Below are positions 16,953-27,354 of a stretch of 64,000 nucleotides of DNA, in pieces. The first letter of the stretch is position 1. Each line of letters opens with the position of its first letter. Source of the stretch: Chloroflexota bacterium (lineage in GTDB: Bacteria > Chloroflexota > Limnocylindria > Limnocylindrales > CSP1-4). The position numbers were made by a program, and so were the translations under genes. Below the pieces are notes generated by a model that ran no database searches, was not told the DNA's origin, and was given only the letters and a program-made list of their open reading frames with translations. The stretch is taken from NCBI GenBank assembly GCA_003171065.1, contig PMXQ01000149.1:57490-121489 (forward strand), written 5' to 3'.

Positions 16953-18177
16953 ACCGATCCTGACGGCCGGCGAGGAGCGTGCGGCCGCGGCGCTGAAGCT
17001 GGCGCTGCAAGACGTGAGCGAGCAATGGCCGCTGCGTGCGGACGTGGCCGCGTGGGTGGCGAGCGTGCCGAAGCGGCAGTCGCTCGGGCACCGGCTGCCG
17101 GTCGGCATGGCCGCCGCTCTTGCCATGATAATCGTGGGTGCCGTGGCGTTCGCCGCGTGGCCGAAAGCGGTGCCTGGAGGTGGAGGAGCCTCGCCCTCCG
17201 CCGTGCCGTCGATCCCGGGCACCCCGGGCCATTTCGACAACGGCTCCTTCTCGTTCGACTATCCCGCAAGCTGGCGAACGCTCTCCGACGAGTACTACGA
17301 GGGCATGGTGAACCAGGTGTTCGCGGTGCTCGGGACCGGTGACTGGAAGACCGGCTGCTACTTCACGTCCAACGGCGGCGGCTGTACCGGCGACACGGTG
17401 GACGTCTCGGGCGGCCGGGTCGTCGTCAAAGTCTACGAACGGGGCGGCGGGCCCGTCAGCACGTGCGGGACAAGCCCGGCCAATGCCACGCTCGGGCCTA
17501 ATGCGGTCTCGAAATCGACTGACGGCTCGGCAACGACCTGGGAGATCCGGATGCCGGGTGGCGACTTCGGATGGACTAACAACGTCTTCGTGGAGGCCTG
17601 GGCAGGCGGCCCGCAGCAGATGGCCCAGGCCGAAGCTCTGGTCGCCAGCTTCCGGTGGGCAGACGGCGTGTCGAATCCAGACAACTGCTTCCAGAACGAG
17701 ACGCCCTCGCCCGGCATGGCGCACTACGACGCGGACGGCACCTCATTCGACTACCCGGCCGGCTGGTCCATCCTCTCGGGCTACGAGCACTGGGGCCTGC
17801 ACGGGCCGACGATCCACTTCGCGGTGGGGACGGGCACCGTGGATTCGGGGTGCACCGTGAGCGCTAATCAAGGGGTTTCGTGCGGCGCTCCAAGCCTCAG
17901 CGCCACCGGGGACCAGGTGGTTGTCTTCTGGTACGGCGGCGCGTCGCTGTTCTCCAACGTCGCGTCGATGTTCCCCAGCCTCCCCACCGGAAGCCTGCCA
18001 CCTGGCGAGACACGAGTCACTGTTGCGGGCGCGCCGGCAATCGCAAGCCACGGCGACGGTTGGGCAAAGTGGCAGCTGAGCCCGGCGGAATACATCGAGG
18101 CGAACTGGGGACCCGACGCCACGGACGCCGAGGCCCAGGTCGACGCCCTCATCGGGAGTCTCTCGCTCGGTCAATAA
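16933..18177 (+). CDS. Putative anti-sigma factor: short cytoplasmic N-terminus, one transmembrane helix, and an extracytoplasmic domain made of two tandem ~110-aa repeats
   Basis: Overlaps the sigma gene by 20 nt. Transmembrane helix AALAMIIVGAVAFAAW. Internal duplication (GHFDNGSFSFDYPASW.. versus AHYDADGTSFDYPAGW..). Confidence 0.6.
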   Translation: MTMSGDEPILTAGEERAAAALKLALQDVSEQWPLRADVAAWVASVPKRQSLGHRLPVGMAAALAMIIVGAVAFAAWPKAVPGGGGASPSAVPSIPGTPGHFDNGSFSFDYPASWRTLSDEYYEGMVNQVFAVLGTGDWKTGCYFTSNGGGCTGDTVDVSGGRVVVKVYERGGGPVSTCGTSPANATLGPNAVSKSTDGSATTWEIRMPGGDFGWTNNVFVEAWAGGPQQMAQAEALVASFRWADGVSNPDNCFQNETPSPGMAHYDADGTSFDYPAGWSILSGYEHWGLHGPTIHFAVGTGTVDSGCTVSANQGVSCGAPSLSATGDQVVVFWYGGASLFSNVASMFPSLPTGSLPPGETRVTVAGAPAIASHGDGWAKWQLSPAEYIEANWGPDATDAEAQVDALIGSLSLGQ

Positions 18178-18212
18178 GCGCGTGTCGGCGAGCCAGAGCG
18201 GCGCACGTCCGC

Positions 18213-18218
18213 TAGCAT
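18213..18218 (+). promoter_or_regulatory. -10 hexamer TAGCAT 7 nt upstream of the aspS ATG
   Basis: gcTAGCATtcgcggcATG. Confidence 0.45.
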
Positions 18219-18225
18219 TCGCGGC

Positions 18226-20124
<1,899 letters not shown>

Positions 20125-20148
20125 GACACGACATTTGGGCACGGCCGC

Positions 20149-21165
20149 GTGGCCGGAAACGGAGGGCGGGGTTTGGAATCGGGAACGGATCAGAGATACG
20201 TACGCTGCCGGCGTTGCCACGACGTCTTCGAGGCGGGCCTTTCGAATTGCCCGCGGTGCGGGGCTGCCTACGTTCCATCCGGCGATCCGTCGGAGCCTCA
20301 GGGCGGTTCATACGTTGAGAAGTACGTGGGCACGGAGTTCTCGGAGCCGCCGGATTTGCCGCCGTCGGTCCCGACAGCCAATCGGTCGGGGCTGGGCTTC
20401 CTGCTCGCGATTGGGGTCGCCCTGGTTGTCACGGCGCTGGCTATGGGCGGATTGGTCGCGATGGGTGCCTTCGACACGCCGGCTGCAACCCCGCGCCATG
20501 ACATCGTCGTCGCCAGGTCGCCGACCCCGACCCCTGCGCCCACGCTGCCCCCAATCGTGAGCAAGACGCTCGAGCAGCTCGCCGATCCCAACCTGAACAT
20601 GCATGTCTCCATCCGGACGACCGTCTCGGTGAACGCTCGGGTGACCGGTCGCTCCGTATCTATCACCATGAACATGGATGTCGATTGCGCCGACGGGAAT
20701 GAGTCGGGCACGGACACGACCGGCGGAGTCACCTATGAGTGGCGGCTGGTCGATGGCACGTACTACCAGAGGCGGCTGCCGACCGGGACGTGGAAAGCCC
20801 AGAGCTCGGTTTCCCCGTTCGTGGTTCTGAGTCCGCTGTTCTCGCTCACCGACCCTCGAATGCTCCAATACGATGGCCCCGACCAGGTGAACGGGGTTCA
20901 GGCCGACAAGCTGGAGAGCACACCCTGGTGGACTCCGGACTCCGGCAAGTTGAGCGGCCTGGACGTTGCCACGCTGGCTATCAGCCCCCAGCACACACAG
21001 CTCATGCTCTGGGTCGCCAGCGACGGCTCGCCGATCTACGCGACCTTCAGGGCCTGGACCGATGCCAGTGACGGCACGGGCACGAACCTGCTCAACATCT
21101 CGACGACGTACACGTTCACGAACGTCGGTGAGGTGTTGCCGATCCCCTCACCGACGATCAAGTAG
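20149..21165 (+). CDS. Membrane-anchored protein: N-terminal zinc ribbon, one transmembrane helix, Pro/Thr linker, extracytoplasmic beta-rich (LolA/LppX-like) domain
   Basis: Zinc ribbon CRRCHDV..CPRCG. Transmembrane helix LGFLLAIGVALVVTALAMGGLV. PTPTPAPTLPP linker. Exact start uncertain. Confidence 0.5.
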   Translation: MAGNGGRGLESGTDQRYVRCRRCHDVFEAGLSNCPRCGAAYVPSGDPSEPQGGSYVEKYVGTEFSEPPDLPPSVPTANRSGLGFLLAIGVALVVTALAMGGLVAMGAFDTPAATPRHDIVVARSPTPTPAPTLPPIVSKTLEQLADPNLNMHVSIRTTVSVNARVTGRSVSITMNMDVDCADGNESGTDTTGGVTYEWRLVDGTYYQRRLPTGTWKAQSSVSPFVVLSPLFSLTDPRMLQYDGPDQVNGVQADKLESTPWWTPDSGKLSGLDVATLAISPQHTQLMLWVASDGSPIYATFRAWTDASDGTGTNLLNISTTYTFTNVGEVLPIPSPTIK

Positions 21166-21207
21166 CGCGGGCGTAATCTGTCGGCCGACGTCCTCGGCCG
21201 ACACGAG

Positions 21208-21864
21208 CTACCGCGGTGGTTCTGCAGCCTGCGCCGCCAGCGCGGAGTTCCAATCCGGGGGTGGACCGCCGGCCGGCTCGGGCGGGCCCTGGTAACGGGG
21301 CAGATCACCGCGAGACGTCGATATGTCGTGGACGATCCCCGGGTCGCCCAGCTCGATCTGACGGATGGCAACGCCCGCGGCCGCGAGCGATTGAACCGCC
21401 TCTTCGCCGTGCTGCCCGGACAGGGCGGCCAAACGGTCGACCAGGGCCACGGGGATAAGTATCGGGAAACCGGGCTGCCCGCCGTAAGCCGCACGAACGA
21501 TCGCATTAGGAGTGGCTCCGTGCGCCTCGACGAGTGAGGTGACGGTCTCCGGATCGACCCACACGAACCTGAACGGCCACAGCAGCGCGGCCGAGGTCTC
21601 GGCCACCGTCGCGACCGCAGTGCGCATTCCGTGCGCAAACCAGGCGATGCCGCGCGGCTCGTCCGGCTCGGGGCTGGTCAGGGTCACGTCGAGATCGGCG
21701 ACCGCCCGACGCAGGTCTTCGGAAACCTCGGGGGCGACGATCACTGTGGGCAGGGCGCCCCCGGCCCACGCGATCTGGGCGAGGCGTCGAAGAGCGGGTT
21801 CTCCGTCGGCCGGGGCGAGCGCGACCGGCGGCTCCGGGACGATGACGACGGCGGCAACGGTCAT
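21208..21864 (-). CDS. MobA/MocA-like nucleotidyltransferase-fold protein with a degenerate nucleotide-binding loop
   Basis: Minus-strand ORF with high third-position GC. WPFRFVWVDPE and GFPILIP resemble the MobA core, but the N-terminal LAGGxSxRMG loop is replaced by VPEPPVALAPADG. Confidence 0.45.
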   Translation of the reverse strand: MTVAAVVIVPEPPVALAPADGEPALRRLAQIAWAGGALPTVIVAPEVSEDLRRAVADLDVTLTSPEPDEPRGIAWFAHGMRTAVATVAETSAALLWPFRFVWVDPETVTSLVEAHGATPNAIVRAAYGGQPGFPILIPVALVDRLAALSGQHGEEAVQSLAAAGVAIRQIELGDPGIVHDISTSRGDLPRYQGPPEPAGGPPPDWNSALAAQAAEPPR

Positions 21865-21964
21865 GGGCTATCTCCTGGGGCCGAGTGTAGCGCCTGGCGG
21901 GCGAGGGGCAAATCGAGGCCCGAGGCGGCTGATCACCTGGGACTGTGCGACAATTCCAACGCCC

Positions 21965-23893
21965 ATGAGTGACTCACCCAGTTCCGCCACGCCCGCGAGC
22001 TCCGGCTCGGCCACGCGCGCCGATGTCCGAAATCTGGCCATCGTCGCCCACGTCGACCACGGCAAGACCACCCTCGTCGACGCCATGCTTCGGCAGGCCG
22101 GCGCCTTCCGCGCCAACCAGATCGTGATGGAGCGGGTCATGGACTCCAACGACCTGGAGCGCGAAAAGGGGATCACCATTCTCGCCAAGCAGACTGCGGT
22201 CGACTACGACGGGATTCGCCTGAACATCGTCGACACGCCCGGCCATGCCGACTTCGGCGGAGAGGTCGAGCGCAGCCTGAACATGGTCGATTCCGTCCTG
22301 CTGCTGGTGGATGCCGCCGAGGGGCCCCTGCCGCAGACGCGCTACGTCCTCCAGAAGGCGATGTCGCACGACCTGCCGGTGGTCGTGGCGATCAACAAGA
22401 TCGACCGCTCGGACGCGCGCTCGGCGGAAGTGCTCGATGCGGTCTACGAGCTATTCATGGATCTCGGCGCTGATGCCACTCAGATCGATTTCCCGGTCGT
22501 CTACACGAACGCCAAGACGGGCACGGCGACGCTCCGTGTCGACGAACCCGGGACGGATCTGCGGCCACTCTTCGAGCTCCTGATCCAGCACACGCCGGCG
22601 CCGCGGTACGTCCCGGATCATCCGCTGCAGCTACTCGTGACGAATCTCTCGGCGAACGACTACGTGGGCCGGATGGCGATCGGGCGAATCTGGAACGGCA
22701 CGATCAAGATGGGCCAAAAGATCGTCATCGTTCGGGACGAGGCCGAGGACACGGCCGGCACGGTCGAGCCCGGCCGGACGGTCACGCTGACCGGGACGGT
22801 CACGAGCCTGACCACGGCTCACGGGATCGAGCGTGTCGACATCGCAGAGGCCAGCGCCGGCGACATCGTGGCGGTTGCCGGGATCCCGGACGTCACCATC
22901 GGCGACACGATCACCGATCCGGGCGATCCGCGGCCGATGCCGCGGCTGGACATGGACGCACCGACGCTCCACATGACGTTTGGGGCGAACACCTCGTCCC
23001 TCTCCGGCCGCGAAGGACGCTACGTCACCAGTCGCCACATCCGCCAGCGCCTCGAGCGCGAGGTTCTCGGCAACGTCTCGATCGAGTTCTCGCCGACGGA
23101 ATCCGCCGACACGTACGAGGTTCGCGGCCGCGGCGAGTTGCAGCTGGCCATCCTGATCGAGCAGATGCGCCGGGAGGGCTACGAGCTGCAGGTCAGCCGG
23201 CCCGAGGTCATCCTGCGCGAGATCGGCGGCGAGACCCAGGAGCCCTACGAGCGCATCACCGTCGACATCCCGCCCGACTTCATCGGGCCGGTTCAGGCGG
23301 CCCTGGCCGATCGCAAGGCGCGTCTCGAGCAGATGAGCACCGACGCCGACGGGCGCGTCCGGATGGAGTACGTCATTCCGGTTCGCGGGTTGATCGGATT
23401 TCGCGGCCAGCTGCTCACGGAGACCAGGGGCACGGCCCTGATGCACCAGATCGGGGAGGGTTACGGTCCCTGGGCCGGCGAGGTGACACACCGAACGACG
23501 GGCGTGATCGTGGCCGACCGGCCCGGAGTCTCGAACGCCTACGCCCTCTTCAACATTCAGGAGCGCTCCGAGCTGTTCGTCGGTGTTGGCGCGGACGTCT
23601 ACGAGGGGATGATCATCGGGGAGAACTCCCGTCCCGACGACATGGACGTCAACGCGACCAAAGAGAAGAAACTGACCAACATGCGGACCCACGCCCACGA
23701 CGAGGCGCTCCGCCTTACGCCGCCGCGGGAGCTGACCCTGGAGTCGGCCATCGAGTTCATCGGAGTCGACGAGCTGGTCGAGGTCACGCCCAAATCGATC
23801 CGGTTGCGCAAGCGGGTCCTCTCTCAGCATGACCGGCGACGCATCGCCGGACGCGAATACGACCGCGCGCTGGCGGAGCGCGAGGCTCGGTAG
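21965..23893 (+). CDS. typA: Translational GTPase TypA/BipA
   Basis: [41 protein letters not shown]. Start ATG at 21965; the 5' extension of track ORF 21512..23893 is rejected. Confidence 0.9.
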   Translation: MSDSPSSATPASSGSATRADVRNLAIVAHVDHGKTTLVDAMLRQAGAFRANQIVMERVMDSNDLEREKGITILAKQTAVDYDGIRLNIVDTPGHADFGGEVERSLNMVDSVLLLVDAAEGPLPQTRYVLQKAMSHDLPVVVAINKIDRSDARSAEVLDAVYELFMDLGADATQIDFPVVYTNAKTGTATLRVDEPGTDLRPLFELLIQHTPAPRYVPDHPLQLLVTNLSANDYVGRMAIGRIWNGTIKMGQKIVIVRDEAEDTAGTVEPGRTVTLTGTVTSLTTAHGIERVDIAEASAGDIVAVAGIPDVTIGDTITDPGDPRPMPRLDMDAPTLHMTFGANTSSLSGREGRYVTSRHIRQRLEREVLGNVSIEFSPTESADTYEVRGRGELQLAILIEQMRREGYELQVSRPEVILREIGGETQEPYERITVDIPPDFIGPVQAALADRKARLEQMSTDADGRVRMEYVIPVRGLIGFRGQLLTETRGTALMHQIGEGYGPWAGEVTHRTTGVIVADRPGVSNAYALFNIQERSELFVGVGADVYEGMIIGENSRPDDMDVNATKEKKLTNMRTHAHDEALRLTPPRELTLESAIEFIGVDELVEVTPKSIRLRKRVLSQHDRRRIAGREYDRALAEREAR

Positions 23894-24032
23894 GCGCGTT
23901 CTGGAGCCGCCGCGTGTGGCAGAGCCGCGTGTAGCAAAGCTTGCCGGGCCGGAACATGATCTTCGCGCTCAAGGGCCGAAGTCGTGTGGGAGCCTCGATC
24001 CACGGGCCGCGGCAACAGGCCGGGAGGGTGGG

Positions 24033-24323
24033 ATGAGGGACCTGGCGGAACGGGCAGTCCAGGTGACGGCAGCGGCCGTGGGCGGCTATCTGCTCGTCTT
24101 TCTGCTGGCTGTATCGGCGGTCGTGCTGGCGTCGACGGTTGCGCTCGTCACGGGCGTGTCCTCGTTGAGCGTTGGCATCGGGCCGATCCCGCTGATGTCG
24201 TTCTGGCAGACGTCTGGAAGTTACGGATTCCAGTCTGAGTGGGGTGTTGGAGCCCTGGCAGGCTTGGGTGGCCTGGTCGGGGCCGGCATCGGGATCCGCC
24301 GGCAACTGGTCTTGTCGGCCTGA
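24033..24323 (+). CDS. Small membrane protein (two transmembrane helices and a Gly-rich segment), hypothetical
   Basis: ATG at 24033 preceded by GGGAGGGTGGG. Hydrophobic YLLVFLLAVSAVVLASTVALV and GVGALAGLGGLVGAGIG. Confidence 0.4.
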   Translation: MRDLAERAVQVTAAAVGGYLLVFLLAVSAVVLASTVALVTGVSSLSVGIGPIPLMSFWQTSGSYGFQSEWGVGALAGLGGLVGAGIGIRRQLVLSA

Positions 24324-24375
24324 CGAATGACGCCGGCCTGCGCCTTGTGCGGAGGGTAGCGGCCGCGCCTGAGCG

Positions 24376-24381
24376 TACAAT
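24376..24381 (+). promoter_or_regulatory. -10 hexamer TACAAT 7 nt upstream of the iscS ATG
   Basis: gcgTACAATctggacgATG. Confidence 0.5.
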
Positions 24382-24388
24382 CTGGACG

Positions 24389-25609
24389 ATGCCGATCTAC
24401 CTCGACCACGCTGCCACGACACCGCTGCGGCGCGAGGCGCTCGAGGCCATGCTGCCCTACCTGACGGAGCATTTCGGCAACGCCTCGTCGCCACATGCGT
24501 ATGGAAGGGTGGCGCGTGCCGGGCTCGACGAAGCCCGCGAGCGTGTGGCACTGGCGATCGGCGCCCAGGCGCGTGAGATCGTCTTCACCTCGGGCGGGAG
24601 CGAGGCTAACAACCTGGCCGTGAAGGGCGCGGCCTGGGCGGGCAAGGCGCGCGGCCACCGAATAGTGACGACGGCCGTGGAGCACCACTCCGTCGGCCAC
24701 ACCATGCGCTACCTGGAAAAGTTCGGCTTCGAGATCGTGGAGGTGCCCGTCGACCGCTACGGGCGAGTCGACCCCAGGGAAATCGAGGCTGCCATCACTC
24801 CCCGGACGATCCTGGTAAGCGTCATGCTCGCCAACAACGAGGTGGGCACGATCCAGCCGATCGAGGAGATCGCGGCCTGCGTGCGCCGCCACAAAGGCGT
24901 GCTGCTCCACACGGACGCGGTCCAGGCCGCCGCTCATCTCGCGATCGACGTGGCGGCGCTGGATGTCGACCTGCTCTCTCTGGCGGCGCACAAGTTCGGG
25001 GGGCCCAAGGGCGTCGGCGCGCTGTACGTCCGCCACGGCACGAACATCCTGGCCCAGCAGCAGGGCGGGGCCCAGGAACGCTATCGCCGCGCCGGGACCG
25101 AGGACGTTGCAGGAGCCGTCGGGATGGCCGTCGCGCTCGAGCTGGCCACCGCGGAGCGTCCGGTCACGGGGCCGCAGATAGGCGTGCTGCGTGACGCCCT
25201 GGCGGGCCGGCTGATCGGCATTGAAGGCGTACTGGAGACGGGCCACCCGGCCGAACGGTTGACCAACAGCCTGTCAGTCGTCGTCGGCGGGCTCGATGGG
25301 GCGTCGCTGGTGATGGCGCTCGATCTGGCGGGGCTGGCCTGTTCGACCGGCTCCGCGTGCGTAACCGGCTCAACCGAAGTCAGCCACGTTCTGACGGCCA
25401 TGGGTTATCCCGAGGACGAGGCGAAGGGCGCGCTCCGGCTCTCGCTCGGGCGGACGACGACGGTGGCCGAGATCGAGGAGGCCGGACGTCTGATCGCTCA
25501 GGCGATCGAGACCCAGCGCGAAGCTGCTGGAAGGTTGGCGGCGGCCAGCCACCGGGCCGCACCGGGCCAGGCGGCCGGAGCCGCTGCGGCGGAGGCAACG
25601 GCCGGGTGA
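24389..25609 (+). CDS. iscS: Cysteine desulfurase (IscS/NifS/YrvO class V aminotransferase), sulfur donor for MnmA
   Basis: [12 protein letters not shown].., PLP-lysine motif AHKFGGPKG, active-site CSTGSAC. ATG sits 7 nt after TACAAT. Coupled to mnmA. Confidence 0.85.
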   Translation: MPIYLDHAATTPLRREALEAMLPYLTEHFGNASSPHAYGRVARAGLDEARERVALAIGAQAREIVFTSGGSEANNLAVKGAAWAGKARGHRIVTTAVEHHSVGHTMRYLEKFGFEIVEVPVDRYGRVDPREIEAAITPRTILVSVMLANNEVGTIQPIEEIAACVRRHKGVLLHTDAVQAAAHLAIDVAALDVDLLSLAAHKFGGPKGVGALYVRHGTNILAQQQGGAQERYRRAGTEDVAGAVGMAVALELATAERPVTGPQIGVLRDALAGRLIGIEGVLETGHPAERLTNSLSVVVGGLDGASLVMALDLAGLACSTGSACVTGSTEVSHVLTAMGYPEDEAKGALRLSLGRTTTVAEIEEAGRLIAQAIETQREAAGRLAAASHRAAPGQAAGAAAAEATAG

Positions 25610-26712
25610 GTCGCGTCCTCATCGCGATGTCCGGCGGCGTGGACTCGTCAGTGGCGGCGGCGCTGGTGCGCTCCGCGGGCGACGAGGCCGTCGGCGTGTG
25701 GATGCGACTTCACGACGTCGCGGACACGTACTCCGAGTTCAAGAAGAGCTGCTGCTCGCTCGATGCCGCCGAAGACGCGCGCCGTGTTGCGTACCAGCTC
25801 GAGATTCCCTTCTACGTGATGAACCTGGAGTCGGAATTCAACGAGGGCGTGCTGCAGCCGTTCCTTCGAGCCTACCTGGAGGGCCGCACGCCAAGCCCCT
25901 GCGTGGACTGCAACAATGTCGTCAAGTTCGGGGCGCTGCTGAGTCGCGCCCGCTTCATGTACGAGTGCGATGCGGTGGCTACCGGCCACTATGCGCGCGT
26001 CGCCGCCCCGGAGGGGCCGGGAGAGGGATTCGGGCTGCTGCGGGGCCGCGACACCAACAAGGACCAGAGTTACTTTCTCTACGGCCTTGGCCAGGAGGAG
26101 CTGGCGCACACACGTTTCCCGCTCGGTGAGATGACCAAGCCGGAGGTCCGGGAGCTGGCGCGCTCGCTGGGGCTGGCCACGGCCGAGAAGCCCGACAGTC
26201 AGGAGATCTGCTTCGCGTCGCGCGGCGATTATCGAGACGTCCTGCGCGAGCGAGCTGGCTGGAAGGCCGAGCCCGGGCCGGTCATCGACGTCGACGGCCG
26301 CCAGGTGGGCGAGCATCTCGGGGTCGCCTCGTACACCATCGGCCAGCGCCGGGGCATCGGCGTGGCGCTTGGCGAACCGCGCTACGTGTGGAAGATCGAC
26401 GCGGGGGCGAACATCGTTCGCCTGGGCCGCCGGGCGGATCTCGGCACCAACCGGTTCGAGGTCGAGGAGATGCGCTTTGTGGCCGGCAAGCCGCCCGCCG
26501 GGGCCGGCCCCTTCCGAGCCGAGGTCCAGATCCGCCACCGAGGCCGCGTGGCTGGGGCGACCGTGGCGCCCACAGGGGGGAGTCGCTGGGCGGTGGAGAC
26601 CGACGATCCGATCTGGGCGGCCGCACCGGGCCAGGCCGCGGTGTTCTATCGCGGAGAGTCCGTCCTGGGCGGGGGCCGGATAGCTCGGGCCGAGGATCCG
26701 TCCGGTGGGTGA
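25606..26712 (+). CDS. mnmA: tRNA-specific 2-thiouridylase MnmA
   Basis: PP-loop [15 protein letters not shown], Cys motifs, [11 protein letters not shown] overlaps the iscS stop (GTGA). Confidence 0.9.
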   Translation: MSRVLIAMSGGVDSSVAAALVRSAGDEAVGVWMRLHDVADTYSEFKKSCCSLDAAEDARRVAYQLEIPFYVMNLESEFNEGVLQPFLRAYLEGRTPSPCVDCNNVVKFGALLSRARFMYECDAVATGHYARVAAPEGPGEGFGLLRGRDTNKDQSYFLYGLGQEELAHTRFPLGEMTKPEVRELARSLGLATAEKPDSQEICFASRGDYRDVLRERAGWKAEPGPVIDVDGRQVGEHLGVASYTIGQRRGIGVALGEPRYVWKIDAGANIVRLGRRADLGTNRFEVEEMRFVAGKPPAGAGPFRAEVQIRHRGRVAGATVAPTGGSRWAVETDDPIWAAAPGQAAVFYRGESVLGGGRIARAEDPSGG

Positions 26713-26788
26713 CCGCCGGCGCCCTCGAACGGGCTCCTATACTCAGGCCGACGTCGCCGCAAGCGACCCCCAGCCGATGAGGAGTTGA

Positions 26789-27076
26789 GTGGCTCTCAGT
26801 CCTGCGCCTGTGCTGGCCGTCCTGGTCGGACTGTTCCACGCCGCGTTGTTCGTGTTCTTGCGCGGGCGTGCGGGCGGCCGGATCGTCCTGGTGGCATGCG
26901 CCGCGATCCTGGGGGCGTGGGCGGGGGATGCCGTGGGCGGCCGGCTCGGCGGCGATCCGCTTCGCGTCGGCGACTTCCACGTGGTCTCCGCCTCCGTCGT
27001 GGCCTGGATCGGCATCGCGTTCGTGTCTGTGATCGCGATTCTCGGCCCGGCGACTGCCCCGGAGGAGCAGGAATGA
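26789..27076 (+). CDS. Small hydrophobic protein (3 predicted transmembrane helices), hypothetical
   Basis: GTG ORF, 95 aa, entirely hydrophobic helices. Sits in the mnmA-alaS spacer. Confidence 0.35.
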   Translation: MALSPAPVLAVLVGLFHAALFVFLRGRAGGRIVLVACAAILGAWAGDAVGGRLGGDPLRVGDFHVVSASVVAWIGIAFVSVIAILGPATAPEEQE

Positions 27077-27234
27077 TCAGATCGCTGGCCTGGCTCCTGG
27101 TCCGCCGCCGCGCTGGCTCGGGGCCGAGCGATCCGCGACTCGTGGCGTTCGCTCGTGGTCTGGCCCTGGGAGCCCTTGTCGGCGCCGCGATCGCCGGTTC
27201 GACCGTGTGGAATCGCCGTAGCACGCGGGTCTAG
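27073..27234 (+). CDS. Very small membrane protein (53 aa), hypothetical
   Basis: ATG overlaps the preceding stop (ATGA). One transmembrane segment LALGALVGAAIAG. Low confidence. Confidence 0.25.
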   Translation: MIRSLAWLLVRRRAGSGPSDPRLVAFARGLALGALVGAAIAGSTVWNRRSTRV

Positions 27235-27354
27235 GCTGGGCCGCACGTCAGGCGCCGTCGCTCACTCGGTCCGACGCCGAAGACCGAGCGCACCGGTGGC
27301 GCTCCGAGACCGGTCTGCGCCGGGGCTGCCTCCGGTTTGGTACCGTTAGCGGCG

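Noticed and set aside
21512-21964. 5' extension of the typA ORF (track 21512..23893), and plus-strand ORFs 21216..21458 and 21328..21537.
   Set aside because: TypA homology begins at the ATG at 21965. The upstream translation is low-complexity, and it overlaps a minus-strand gene (21208..21864) that has much better coding signal.
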